Shown one piece after another: positions 55,039-64,000 of a stretch of DNA of 64,000 nt. Numbering within the stretch: the first letter of the stretch is position 1; the number at the start of each line of letters is the position of its first letter. The notes under the pieces were generated by a model. The model saw only the letters and a program-made list of their open reading frames with translations, was not told where the DNA came from and searched no databases. Made by a program: the position numbers and the translations under genes. The stretch covers positions 8,086 through 72,085 of the forward strand of contig JAPLYL010000004.1 in the NCBI GenBank assembly GCA_026395595.1, written 5' to 3'. This DNA comes from Candidatus Parcubacteria bacterium (lineage in GTDB: Bacteria; Patescibacteriota; Minisyncoccia; Phycocordibacterales; CAIJYI01).

Positions 55039-55689
55039 TTATCCGTGATTGCCGTATTTTTTGAAAAGAAGATATGAGTAGACAACAGACCCGAGCGCTG
55101 AAACCATAATGGGGATGATAAGAAACCAGATCATGAGGTGAGAAGGGAGGAAAAGACCGATAAGGGAAACAACGGCGGAATAACGGAAAGCTTTTCCGCT
55201 CCAGAGGTGTGTTTCATCCCAGACGCGCGGATTCGCCATTGTCCATGGCGTGCGAATTCCCATGAACCAGTTTTGTTTTATATGAGGAAGCGCGGTTCCG
55301 AGTCCGTACCAAAGAATTGCCATCGGAAGGACGATCATTCTTCCCATATCAAAGACATAACCGATGTTCCACATGATGGTAAGAAGGTGAATATAAAAAA
55401 GAAAGAAAATGATGCCGACGATGGTGGCGTTGTAATATCTTTGAAAAGCTTTTGCGTTTTCTTTCAATGGATCAATTTTGGGAAGCCAAAAGAATAGTAC
55501 GGAAAGAAAAATGATAAGGAACGGCATCATAAAGAGTCCCCAGAACTTGGACAGGTATCCGTTTACTTCACCATCCACTCCCCAATGAGAAGCGACCTGT
55601 GCAGGAAGAAGAGGATAGAAATAAACGCCGACGGCGAATGACAGTAAAGTAATAATGGTAATGATGATGTACGAAGTTTTTGTTGTCAT
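55039..55689 (-). CDS. SdpI/YhfL-family membrane protein (DUF1648-like N-terminus)
   Basis: LPAQVASHWGVDGEVNGY N-terminal pattern and 5-6 TM segments typical of SdpI/YhfL proteins. Confidence 0.55.
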   Translation of the reverse strand: MTTKTSYIIITIITLLSFAVGVYFYPLLPAQVASHWGVDGEVNGYLSKFWGLFMMPFLIIFLSVLFFWLPKIDPLKENAKAFQRYYNATIVGIIFFLFYIHLLTIMWNIGYVFDMGRMIVLPMAILWYGLGTALPHIKQNWFMGIRTPWTMANPRVWDETHLWSGKAFRYSAVVSLIGLFLPSHLMIWFLIIPIMVSALGSVVYSYLLFKKYGNHG

Positions 55690-55725
55690 AATTTAATTAT
55701 ATACGTTTGATAAAAAAACAGAAGC

Positions 55726-55781
55726 AAAAACCCCATGTTGTAAATTCTAGCATATGCTAGAATTTACAACATGGGGTTTTT
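55726..55781. terminator. 46-nt perfect palindrome with A5/T5 flanks (bidirectional terminator)
   Basis: ccccatgttgtaaattctagcat|atgctagaatttacaacatgggg, centre CATATG. Confidence 0.8.
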
Positions 55782-55821
55782 GACAAAAAAATACCCCTTG
55801 CGGGATATTTTTTTGTAAACA

Positions 55822-56022
55822 TTAAACTTTGTTAACGTGTACGGCGTTCGGTCCTTTCGGGCCTTGCGCAACTTCAAACGTTACTTTGTCTCCTTCTCTA
55901 AGGTCGGAGAACTGAACGTTTTCAAGTTCGTTTGAGTGAAAGAAGATGTCTTTCTCTCCGCCTTCGCGAGCAATGAATCCAAAGCCGCGATCAGTGATAC
56001 GAACGATTGTTCCTTGTTGCAT
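55822..56022 (-). CDS. cspA: Cold-shock protein (CspA family)
   Basis: RGFGFI RNP1 motif, FFHSN... RNP2; 66 aa. Confidence 0.9.
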   Translation of the reverse strand: MQQGTIVRITDRGFGFIAREGGEKDIFFHSNELENVQFSDLREGDKVTFEVAQGPKGPNAVHVNKV

Positions 56023-56203
56023 CTGAGCGTGAAATAGTGATTAAAACACAAACACAGAATTGCACAATAACTTCGACTACGATCCTTAATGCAATCTTTT
56101 ATTTGATACTGTCAAGTATACTACAGTGCGTTTCTGATGTCAATGGGTGCGGTGTGGATTGAACCTTTGATTTTTGGGGTAATGGCGAGTAGAATAATTA
56201 CAT

Positions 56204-56626
56204 ATGAAAATACTTTTATGGACTTTAGCGGTTATCGTTCTCGGCGGAGGTATGCTTTTTGCCGTCAAAACGATGAATAAAGAGAATGTTGAAAAAAATA
56301 CTGTTCCCGGACAGTATGATACATTCGCGCAGTGTCTAAAAGACAGTGGGGCTGTGTTTTACGGAGCATTTTGGTGCTCTCATTGCCAAGAACAAAAAAA
56401 AGAATTTGGAGATTCATCAAAACTTCTTCCGTATGTGGAATGTTCCACCCCTGACGCAAAAGGCCAAACCCTTATTTGTGAAGAGAAGGGAATCAATAGT
56501 TATCCGACTTGGGTATTCAAAGATGGTTCGCGGATGTCGGGAACACTTTCATGGAAAGTCTTGTCTGAAAAAACCTCGTGTGCTTTACCAAAAAGTGTGG
56601 CTACTAATACCCCCGCGGTTATATAG
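56204..56626 (+). CDS. Membrane-anchored thioredoxin-fold protein with CxxC
   Basis: N-terminal TM anchor; FWCSHCQ active-site motif; resembles Trx-like domains partnered with VKOR/DsbB-type oxidoreductases. Confidence 0.55.
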   Translation: MKILLWTLAVIVLGGGMLFAVKTMNKENVEKNTVPGQYDTFAQCLKDSGAVFYGAFWCSHCQEQKKEFGDSSKLLPYVECSTPDAKGQTLICEEKGINSYPTWVFKDGSRMSGTLSWKVLSEKTSCALPKSVATNTPAVI

Positions 56627-56670
56627 AGAAAAAAAGAACCGCCCACGAGGGGCGGTTTTTTTGTCTTTCT

Positions 56671-56955
56671 CTACGCGTGAAGAAGGTGAGATATTTGGGC
56701 GGTCTCAAGAGACAGAACATAAGCTACTTCTTTTGCGGAATCACTGAGGTCTTTTAGCGTATCGCTAACCGTATCTCCACATCGTACGGTTGTGATTTTC
56801 CCGCCGTTCTCGTCAAGAAGAAAAACATGTTCAATGAAGGCTTCCCCTTTTCTTTTTTTAGGGATGGAAATCGGTGTCATTGTCGGTTCAAATGGTACCA
56901 CTTTTATTTCATGTAAGTGGTATCTTTCTCTGATAATGCTTGGAATGGCAGTCAT
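56671..56955 (-). CDS. Hypothetical small protein
   Basis: 94-aa ORF, no recognisable motif. Confidence 0.35.
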   Translation of the reverse strand: MTAIPSIIRERYHLHEIKVVPFEPTMTPISIPKKRKGEAFIEHVFLLDENGGKITTVRCGDTVSDTLKDLSDSAKEVAYVLSLETAQISHLLHA

Positions 56956-57064
56956 CTCGTACTCCTGTTGTTTTTATGATAGAACAAAATTCTTGTATAC
57001 TATATCACAATGAATTGTATTTGTAAAGAGTTTTTCCCGGATGATAAACTGGTATCATATGATT

Positions 57065-57688
57065 ATGAAAAAACAGGAAAAAGCGGAGCATATAGTGAAG
57101 GATTTGAAAAAACTTTTTCCTGATGCAAAAATGATGCTTCGTTACCGTAATCATTGGGAACTTCTTGTCGCAGTGGAACTCTCTGCTCAATGCACTGACA
57201 AAAAAGTGAATGAGATTACTCCGGCGCTGTTCAAAAAATATCCGACACTTGCTGATTATGTAAACGCAAAACCTTTGGAATTTGAAAAATATATTTATCA
57301 GTCGGGATTTTATAAAAATAAAACGAAAAATATACTGGCGGCGGCAAAATTAGTTTCTGAAAAATTCGGCGGGAAATTACCGAAGACAATGAAAGAGATG
57401 CTGACCATTCCGGGAGTGGCTCGGAAGACGGCAAATATCCTGCTTGGAGTTGCTTATGGCGTTGTGGAAGGAATCGCCGTTGATACTCATGTAAAACGGC
57501 TTACGAAACTCTGGGGACTTACAGAAGAAAGTTCTCCCGAGAAAATAGAGAAAGACCTGATGAAAATTTTACAGAAAGAAGAGTGGCAAAATTTTACATA
57601 CCGGGTTATTGAATATGGAAGAAAGTATTGTACGGCAAGAACGAAAGACCACTCAGTGTGTCCATTGGGAAAATATGAAAATAAATAG
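57065..57688 (+). CDS. nth: Endonuclease III-like HhH-GPD DNA glycosylase
   Basis: ELLVAVELSAQCTDKKVN and LPGVARKTANIL HhH-GPD motifs; C-terminus has only two Cys (CTARTKDHSVC) instead of the usual four. Confidence 0.8.
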   Translation: MKKQEKAEHIVKDLKKLFPDAKMMLRYRNHWELLVAVELSAQCTDKKVNEITPALFKKYPTLADYVNAKPLEFEKYIYQSGFYKNKTKNILAAAKLVSEKFGGKLPKTMKEMLTIPGVARKTANILLGVAYGVVEGIAVDTHVKRLTKLWGLTEESSPEKIEKDLMKILQKEEWQNFTYRVIEYGRKYCTARTKDHSVCPLGKYENK

Positions 57689-57695
57689 AAAAGTA

Positions 57696-57739
57696 TAAAT
57701 CTAGTCAAAGTTCGCATATGCGAACTTTGACTAGATTTA
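57696..57739. terminator. 44-nt perfect palindrome between nth and mutY-like gene
   Basis: taaatctagtcaaagttcgcat|atgcgaactttgactagattta, centre CATATG. Confidence 0.75.
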
Positions 57740-57747
57740 ATCATTTT

Positions 57748-58572
57748 ATGACGAAGATAAATATCACAGAAATTTTGAAATGGTATGAGCTTAATAAACG
57801 GGATCTTCCATGGAGGAAGATTGGTATTTCTGCGTATGAAGTTTGGGTTTCGGAAATCATGCTTCAACAAACTCAGGTCTCTCGCGGGATCATTTTTTAT
57901 GAACGTTTTTTGAAAAGATTTCCTACTGTTCAAAAGTTAGCGGAGGCGGATTGGGAAGAATTTTTGCCGTATTATGAAGGGTTGGGATATTATAACCGCG
58001 GGCGGAATATGCTTAGAGCCGCGAAAATTATCGTTGAGGAGTTTGGAGGAGAATTTCCGAAAGAGAAAACGGCACTGATGAAGTTTCCGGGAATCGGCGA
58101 GTATAGCGCGTCGGCAATTTTATCATTTGCTCACGATATGCCGTATGTCGCTTTTGATACGAATTTCAAAAAGATTTTCGGGACTCGTGAAGTTGCGGAA
58201 AAAGCGTTTAAGACGAGCGGAGTTTTGAGCTCGGTTTTTAATAGTGCGGTAATGGATTATGCGTCCGCTCACCGCGAAGAAAAAAGTAAAAAGAAAAAAG
58301 CAAAAAGGACGACGAACGAAACAATCGTTGTATTGCATGAAAATCACAAAAAGTATTTTTCAGAAAACAAAGAAAAATATGAGCCGTTCGTTATGCCGAA
58401 AGGGGTTTTTTCCCGCGAACAAATCAAACAGCATTTTCTTGAAAAATTTGGATTGAGAATTTCCGTGCGTCCCCCTGGTAAAGATGGCTTTACTAATGCA
58501 CAGATTCTTTCGGGAAAACATCAGTTTGTCTGCTTTTCAAAATCAGAAAAAAACGGTACTATAATTCCATGA
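57748..58572 (+). CDS. mutY: MutY-like adenine DNA glycosylase (HhH-GPD), atypical C-terminus
   Basis: LPWRK...YEVWVSEIMLQQTQV classic MutY N-terminus, FPGIGEYSASAIL HhH; no 4-Cys cluster and no recognisable NUDIX domain; start at ATG 57748 (track start lies inside the palindrome). Confidence 0.7.
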   Translation: MTKINITEILKWYELNKRDLPWRKIGISAYEVWVSEIMLQQTQVSRGIIFYERFLKRFPTVQKLAEADWEEFLPYYEGLGYYNRGRNMLRAAKIIVEEFGGEFPKEKTALMKFPGIGEYSASAILSFAHDMPYVAFDTNFKKIFGTREVAEKAFKTSGVLSSVFNSAVMDYASAHREEKSKKKKAKRTTNETIVVLHENHKKYFSENKEKYEPFVMPKGVFSREQIKQHFLEKFGLRISVRPPGKDGFTNAQILSGKHQFVCFSKSEKNGTIIP

Positions 58573-59504
58573 CAAAACTACCTGAAATAAATGGGCATGT
58601 ATGGATAGGGACGGAACCCATTACTCTTGATGATATTGCCGACAAAGTGGTATTGGTTGATTTTTGGACGTACTCTTGCGTTAACTGTTTACGGACTTTG
58701 CCGCATCTTCGGGAATGGCATGACAAATATAAAAATGACGGGTTGGTGATTATCGGCATCCATACTCCGGAGTTTGAATTTGAGCAAAGTCCGGAAAATG
58801 TAAAAGAAGCAGTTCTTCGGTTTGGCGTAAACTGGCCGGTGGTGTTGGACAATGATTTTGAAAACTGGGATGCTTTTGAAAATAAATACTGGCCGGCAAA
58901 GTATCTGGCGGACAGAGAAGGCAATATAGTTTATACACATTTCGGAGAAGGCGGGTATGAAGAAACTGAAGAGAAGATACGGGAGTTGCTTGGATTGGGT
59001 ACAAAAGGAGAATCCGAGCATAAAGAACATTCTCATGGGGCCGTGTGTTCTGTTGCCACGGCAGAAGCCTATTGCGGTTACATGAGAGGAAATATCGCGA
59101 ACGAACTTGGTTATGCGGAAGATGCAGAAGAAGAGTATAAGGAAAACTCTGATACGAAGGAAGGTGAAGTAAATTTGAATGGAAAGTTTTTTGTGGCGCA
59201 TGAATATGCGGAATCACGAGAAGATAGCGCAACGCTTTCTCTGAAACTCCGCGGTACGGAAGTGAATTTGGTTATGGCTCCGGCGAAAGGCGAAACCATC
59301 GTTGAAATTTTGTGGAACGGAAAATCGGTGCCAAAAGAACTTCGCGGGAAAGATATTTCTGAGGAAGGGAAGCTGACTATAAATCGTTCCGATATGTTCA
59401 ATTTGCTTAAAAGTAAAACGCCGATAGAAGGTACTGTTACGATACGGGCCGAAAAAGGAAATTTTCGTGCCTATGCCTTTACATTTTCGGGGTGTATGGG
59501 TTAA
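58569..59504 (+). CDS. Redoxin/thioredoxin-fold protein (TlpA/DipZ-C-like) with C-terminal beta-rich domain
   Basis: VLVDFWTYSCVNCLRTLP (WxxxCxxC) thioredoxin-like motif; ATGA overlap with upstream stop. Confidence 0.6.
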   Translation: MTKLPEINGHVWIGTEPITLDDIADKVVLVDFWTYSCVNCLRTLPHLREWHDKYKNDGLVIIGIHTPEFEFEQSPENVKEAVLRFGVNWPVVLDNDFENWDAFENKYWPAKYLADREGNIVYTHFGEGGYEETEEKIRELLGLGTKGESEHKEHSHGAVCSVATAEAYCGYMRGNIANELGYAEDAEEEYKENSDTKEGEVNLNGKFFVAHEYAESREDSATLSLKLRGTEVNLVMAPAKGETIVEILWNGKSVPKELRGKDISEEGKLTINRSDMFNLLKSKTPIEGTVTIRAEKGNFRAYAFTFSGCMG

Positions 59505-59561
59505 GATGTTCATTGTCCTACACCTCATGGATTCCGGATCAAGTCCGGAATAACGACATAC

Positions 59562-59635
59562 GCACCCTTAGCTCAGCTGGTTAGAGCGCACGATTCACAT
59601 TCGTGAGGTCGGAGGTTCGATCCCCCCAGGGTGCA
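59562..59635 (+). tRNA. tRNA-Val (anticodon CAC)
   Basis: Acceptor GCACCCT/AGGGTGC (7 bp), D-arm GCTC-AGCTGGTTA-GAGC, anticodon arm CACGA-TTCACAT-TCGTG, T-loop TTCGATC; T-stem has one A-C mismatch. Confidence 0.75.
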
Positions 59636-59657
59636 CTTGGATAAACACAAAATTACT

Positions 59658-60002
59658 ATGGAACAACCACCAAATACTATTGAAGATTCTTCATATTTTG
59701 AAGTAAAATTCGGTCGGGATACGACCAAGAGCGCGGTGATTAAAGCTATTAAGGACGAAAAGCCGGTACAATTTTTGTGCACGAGATTCGGCGACCTGTA
59801 TCTCTCTAACATGGGGCATGACTCAATGAAAAGAGCGAACGGCATTGACGCTGATGAAGTCGCCACTCGCGGATGGATGAAATTGAGCTACGACCTTCGG
59901 GAACTTCAGGTAGTGTACGAAGAAGCGGTATCCCCCGCTATGAAAAAATCTATTTTGAATGTATTAAAAAATCTCCAAACACAGTTGAAAGAGGACCAGT
60001 AA
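59658..60002 (+). CDS. Hypothetical protein
   Basis: ORF immediately 3' of tRNA-Val; no motif. Confidence 0.35.
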   Translation: MEQPPNTIEDSSYFEVKFGRDTTKSAVIKAIKDEKPVQFLCTRFGDLYLSNMGHDSMKRANGIDADEVATRGWMKLSYDLRELQVVYEEAVSPAMKKSILNVLKNLQTQLKEDQ

Positions 60003-60097
60003 AAGATTGACTTGCCTCTCTACACAGGTTACTATGATAACCGGTAACTTTGTTGCAGGTCTTTGCAATTTCAACCAAACCGAAAGGAGGTTTGTTT

Positions 60098-60547
60098 ATG
60101 GTACAACTGACAAAAGGAATGTATGGAAGCGAGTCTAATCAAACGGGAGACTTGTTCGGTCTCGCGTGCGGACAAATGTGTTCCGAAAAGAAAATTACGC
60201 ATAACAGCGGATGGTATAACCGTTCGGGCGAAAAATTGGGTTGGGGCGATCTCAACGCTGAAGATTTTGCCCGCATTGCCAGAGAACTTGATGCGGGAGA
60301 GTTTTTTATTATTCTTTCCGAACAAGATTCTCGCTGGAAAGTTCCTGAAGGTAAAGAAGAAGACCCGGGCGTTCTTTATGTGGCAGAGCATGCCCTGTAT
60401 ATTATAACGCGCAATCAGCTCTTCAGAGTTGATGATTGGGGTTATGAAAGAGGACGAAGAGAGGAGGTGTACGGTCTTACTTTTATTATCTTGATTAAAC
60501 AAGATGTGAAAGCGTTTATAAAGCACTCCATTCTTCAGGATAAGTGA
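60098..60547 (+). CDS. Hypothetical protein
   Basis: AAAGGAGG Shine-Dalgarno 8 nt upstream of ATG 60098; no motif. Confidence 0.4.
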   Translation: MVQLTKGMYGSESNQTGDLFGLACGQMCSEKKITHNSGWYNRSGEKLGWGDLNAEDFARIARELDAGEFFIILSEQDSRWKVPEGKEEDPGVLYVAEHALYIITRNQLFRVDDWGYERGRREEVYGLTFIILIKQDVKAFIKHSILQDK

Positions 60548-60550
60548 GTC

Positions 60551-61183
60551 GTGAAAAACAAGCTTATTATCTTTGACTTTGATGGGGTTTTACGGGAAGC
60601 ATCATGGACGCATATGTATCATACGTATCGGGCATTTATTGAATTAGTAGGGAAAGATCCCGATCTTTTCTTTACTGATGTCGATTCTTTCAGGAAGTGG
60701 TGCGATTATGATTGGCACAAAAACGAAGAGAGAATTCTCGGGGGCGAATATTACCCGAATAAAACACTGAATGAATTTTTTCATGTTTACCATGACGGAC
60801 TGGTAAAATTGTTTCCGTGGGTTCCTGAAAGCCTCGAATTGCTTTCAAAAAAATATCGATTTGCCATTCTTTCTTCGTCTGTCAGTGTGAGTGTGAAAGG
60901 TTCACTTGGAGATCTCTCGCGATATTTTTCTTGCATCGTTGGCGCGGAAGAAGTAATCAAACTGAAGCCTGACCCTGAAGGAGTTCTTCTTATTCTGAAA
61001 GAAATGGATACAGAAATAAACGACGCGATGATCATCGGAGATACGCATGTTGATTTTTTCGCTGGGAAAAGAGCTGGCATAAAAACCGGTTTAGTAAAAT
61101 GGGGGATGGGAGATTGGGAAGAACTTTCAATACTCGGTGCAGATCTTTTGTTTGAAAGACCGGAGGAATTGTTAGAGTTGTAA
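60551..61183 (+). CDS. HAD-superfamily hydrolase (phosphoglycolate-phosphatase-like)
   Basis: IIFDFDGVL (motif I), SS (motif II), KPDPEG (motif III), GDTHVD (motif IV). Confidence 0.75.
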   Translation: MKNKLIIFDFDGVLREASWTHMYHTYRAFIELVGKDPDLFFTDVDSFRKWCDYDWHKNEERILGGEYYPNKTLNEFFHVYHDGLVKLFPWVPESLELLSKKYRFAILSSSVSVSVKGSLGDLSRYFSCIVGAEEVIKLKPDPEGVLLILKEMDTEINDAMIIGDTHVDFFAGKRAGIKTGLVKWGMGDWEELSILGADLLFERPEELLEL

Positions 61184-61307
61184 GATAAAAAATAATTCTA
61201 TCTGCCGGCTAAACTTGGCGGAGAGACCTCCAAAAGGAGGACTCACCGCCAAGTTTTAAACTATCGTAAAACACCGACCAATTTTTGGCCGGTGTTCTTT
61301 TTTTTGT

Positions 61308-61814
61308 TTATGATGATCTTACTTTTAATCGGTGCTGTTTGGTTTTGTCTACTTTAGGGAGTTTAATGATGAGGAGACCATGCTTTTCTATCGCGTCGGC
61401 TTCCGATGGATCCACTTCTTCAGGGAGTTCTATTGTTCTTGAAAATGACCCCCAGTAGAGTTCTTGTAGCAGATAATTTTCAGACTCTATATTGTGAGAA
61501 CGTTCTCTAAGACCGCTGATAACGACGGTTTCTGGAGTGATGGAAATAGTGAGGTCTTCGGCTTTTACTCCCGCCGGCATGGTTTGGATATAAATATCGG
61601 TATCGGTTTGATAAATATCAACAGCCAGCTGTCCTTCGCTATTTTTTTCCTCTTCTGATTCGTCTAAGGATGATTCGGAGTAATCCGGCGGAGCTATGGT
61701 AAAATCTCGGAAAGCAGGCGTTGCCTGTTCTTCTTCATCAAGGGTGACCCCCGTTATTCTTTGGAAGAAGGACGGTTTTTTCTCGTTCGCATTTGTTTTG
61801 AACTTTGAAAACAT
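61308..61814 (-). CDS. Small heat-shock protein (Hsp20/alpha-crystallin)
   Basis: Alpha-crystallin domain: LAVDIYQTDTDIYIQTMPAGVKAEDLTISI ... AIEKHGLLIIKLPKV. Confidence 0.85.
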   Translation of the reverse strand: MFSKFKTNANEKKPSFFQRITGVTLDEEEQATPAFRDFTIAPPDYSESSLDESEEEKNSEGQLAVDIYQTDTDIYIQTMPAGVKAEDLTISITPETVVISGLRERSHNIESENYLLQELYWGSFSRTIELPEEVDPSEADAIEKHGLLIIKLPKVDKTKQHRLKVRSS

Positions 61815-61833
61815 ACTATTTAAAAAATGATTT

Positions 61834-62625
61834 TTATTGCGGAGGAGCGAAATAAAATGATGATTTCTTTATCTTCTCAAAGAGAGCGATAATCACCACG
61901 ATGACAACCCAGAGTAGGGCGAAGACGCCGAGCAAGGATTGTCCTCCTCCTATCATTATAAAATAGTTAAACGCCGTGTGCAATGCAAAAGCGAGGATAA
62001 GTCCTGTGAATAAGTAAAAGTATTTTTTCCACCGGCTTTCTCCGAGACCGAAACCGATAGAAAATCCGATAAGAGCAGAGGATGCGACATGCAAGAGCGA
62101 TGCTCCTATAAAACGAAGCTGAAGCGTCGTAATGCCGACAGCGAGCGCTCCTCCGTCTAAAGCGGTAAAAACAAACAAAGCATTTTCCGCTGCGGAAAAA
62201 CCGAGAGCGGCGGAGATCATATACATGATGACGTCTATCGGTTCATCAAAGTACTGTGTGCGGATGCCCGCTATAAAGGCAGCGTAGTATTTGAAAGTTT
62301 CTTCAATGACCGCCCAGATGAAAAATGTTGAAAACAATATGGTTCCTCCGCTCCAAAAAGTAATTTTTTCAAAAAGTATGGCGAGAGGAACAGCCAGCAT
62401 CCCGAAAAGGAAAGCTTCAAAAATTATTTTTTTCGGTTCAGGATGTACCTTGTCTTCTTTGAGCCAAAACCAGAGCCAGAAAAGAGCGGGGAGAATCCCT
62501 CCGAGAAGAGCGCCGATGGTGCGAGAAGAATCCTCGGGAAACTTCATTGCTATCCAAGTGAGAATGAAAGCAAAGAGAGCGACACTCCCTGTTTTTTTAA
62601 TGTTTATATGGTGGTGCGTGGCCAT
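61834..62625 (-). CDS. prsW: PrsW-family intramembrane metalloprotease
   Basis: AVIEETFKYYAA (EExxK) and LHTAFNYF (HxxxN) catalytic motifs in polytopic membrane protein; overlaps valS stop by ~22 nt so true start may be downstream. Confidence 0.65.
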   Translation of the reverse strand: MATHHHINIKKTGSVALFAFILTWIAMKFPEDSSRTIGALLGGILPALFWLWFWLKEDKVHPEPKKIIFEAFLFGMLAVPLAILFEKITFWSGGTILFSTFFIWAVIEETFKYYAAFIAGIRTQYFDEPIDVIMYMISAALGFSAAENALFVFTALDGGALAVGITTLQLRFIGASLLHVASSALIGFSIGFGLGESRWKKYFYLFTGLILAFALHTAFNYFIMIGGGQSLLGVFALLWVVIVVIIALFEKIKKSSFYFAPPQ

Positions 62626-64000
62626 TTTTCAACAAGCAAGAGCTTTTTATTTTTAATCGGCAACATTCCCCAGATTTCTTCCGTAACGAAAGGCATGAAA
62701 GGGTGAAGCGCTTTTATCGTGGTGGTGAGGACGGTCCAAAGAACCCATTGAGCAGATGCTTTACTCTTTTCATCGTCTCCGAAAATGCGGGGCTTGGAAT
62801 CTTCAATGACGACATCGGCAAAAGTGTGCCAGAAATAGTGGTAGAGTTTTTCTCCCGCAAGATAGAAACGATATTTTTCAATATCTTCGGTAATTTCGGA
62901 AATGGTATTTTCCAGCTGAGCCAAACGGTCTTCATCTTCGCTCGTAAGCGCCGGAGCAGTTTCGGTATCCAACCCTTCAATACTCGTCAATACGAAACGC
63001 GCAACGTTCCAAATTTTATTCGCGAAATGTTTGTATCCGCGGATCTTGTCTTCGGAAATGCGCATGTCGTTGCCTGGCCCCGTGCCGATAATAAGAGAAA
63101 GGCGTACGGCATCCGCTCCGTATTTTACCGACATCTCCACGGGGTCAATTCCATTGCCGAGAGACTTGCTCATCTTACGTCCTTGCGTATCGCGAACCAG
63201 TCCATGCAAATACACGGTACGGAAGGGGACATCTCCAAGCAAATATCCGCTCATGAGAATCATACGGGCGATCCAGAAGAAAAGAATATCGTAACCGGTT
63301 TCCAAAACATTCGTTGGGTGGTAATTTTTGAAATCGGGCGCTTTCGTGTCGGGCCAGCCGAGCGTGGAAAATGTCCAGAGTCCGGAAGAGAACCATGTAT
63401 CAAGCGTGTCAGAATCTTGTATCCACCTGCCCGTCGTAGCTGGAGCGGAGTCGGGACCTTCGCCTTCAGGCGCTTCAATTCCGCAATATATTTCATGATC
63501 GCGATACCAAACCGGTATCTGATGTCCGTACCAGATCTGACGGCTCACACACCAGTCCCGAAGATTGTCTATCCAGTGGTAGTATACTTTTTCAAAACGT
63601 TCCGGAATAATTTGCGTTTGTCCGTTTTCAACCACGGCGCGCATCATTTTTTTGAGGGTCGTTTTGCTTCCGGGTTTGATGCCGTTAATTTTGGAATTTT
63701 TGAGCGTGAATTCTTTGTTCACATTTACGAACCACTGTTTTTTCGGAAGCGGTTCAATAATGCCACCGGTTCTTTCCGCGGTTGCAAGATTTTGCGGAAT
63801 TTCTTCTTCCTTTTCCAAAAGATTTTCGGTCTTGAGCCATTCAACCACAATTGTGCGAGCTTCGGCAATTTTTTTGTCTTTGAGTTCCGGTGCCTCCACC
63901 ATCATTTTTCCATATTCGTTGATGACCTGCTTTACCGGCAAACCATGTCTCTTTCCAATCTCCCAGTCAATGGCACTATGCGCTGGGGTAACTCCGACGG
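62604..64000 (-). CDS. valS: Valyl-tRNA synthetase, C-terminal part (N-terminus beyond window end); lacks C-terminal coiled-coil
   Basis: WCVSRQIWYGHQIPVWY editing/CP1 junction, KMSKSLGN, anticodon-binding domain; protein ends right after HPFMPFVTEEIW. Confidence 0.9.
   Translation of the reverse strand, partial: VGVTPAHSAIDWEIGKRHGLPVKQVINEYGKMMVEAPELKDKKIAEARTIVVEWLKTENLLEKEEEIPQNLATAERTGGIIEPLPKKQWFVNVNKEFTLKNSKINGIKPGSKTTLKKMMRAVVENGQTQIIPERFEKVYYHWIDNLRDWCVSRQIWYGHQIPVWYRDHEIYCGIEAPEGEGPDSAPATTGRWIQDSDTLDTWFSSGLWTFSTLGWPDTKAPDFKNYHPTNVLETGYDILFFWIARMILMSGYLLGDVPFRTVYLHGLVRDTQGRKMSKSLGNGIDPVEMSVKYGADAVRLSLIIGTGPGNDMRISEDKIRGYKHFANKIWNVARFVLTSIEGLDTETAPALTSEDEDRLAQLENTISEITEDIEKYRFYLAGEKLYHYFWHTFADVVIEDSKPRIFGDDEKSKASAQWVLWTVLTTTIKALHPFMPFVTEEIWGMLPIKNKKLLLVEKWPRTTI

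Overview
This 64-kb window comes from a low-GC bacterial chromosome with compact gene spacing and many truncated or minimal housekeeping proteins.

Housekeeping genes recognised by motif: dnaK (3' end), rlmN, nrdA/nrdB, recR, dnaB, trpS, aspS, scpA/scpB, a D-Ala-D-Ala carboxypeptidase, mraY, ftsW, nth, mutY-like, valS (partial), cspA, ahpC, a small Hsp20 and a PrsW protease.

Four regions look accessory:
1. A minus-strand purine-catabolism operon (xdhA-xdhB-guaD...xdhC) with a 723-aa HD-domain/coiled-coil protein embedded in it.
2. A surface-protein island: a lamin-tail-domain protein, an 1861-aa Ig-like/beta-helix giant protein, a dockerin-bearing protein, a cohesin-like membrane-anchored protein and an S9 peptidase.
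3. Two SbmA/BacA-family peptide-transporter paralogs about 14 kb apart.
4. Several non-coding signals: a T-box-like leader before aspS; two promoter-to-terminator units that look like structured RNAs (25.5 kb and 39.5 kb); tRNA-Ala(CGC) and tRNA-Val(CAC); a ~100-nt structured repeat present twice (once splitting scpA from scpB, once inside a ~330-bp insertion flanked by 12-bp direct repeats); an A-rich motif recurring right after stop codons; and long (44-56 nt) perfect palindromes that serve as intergenic terminators.

No rRNA, CRISPR array, integrase or transposase gene was seen. An outer-membrane-type beta-barrel protein with a C-terminal Phe is present. All calls rest on motif recognition by eye; start codons (the ORF track allows TTG/GTG) and the non-coding calls are the least certain.
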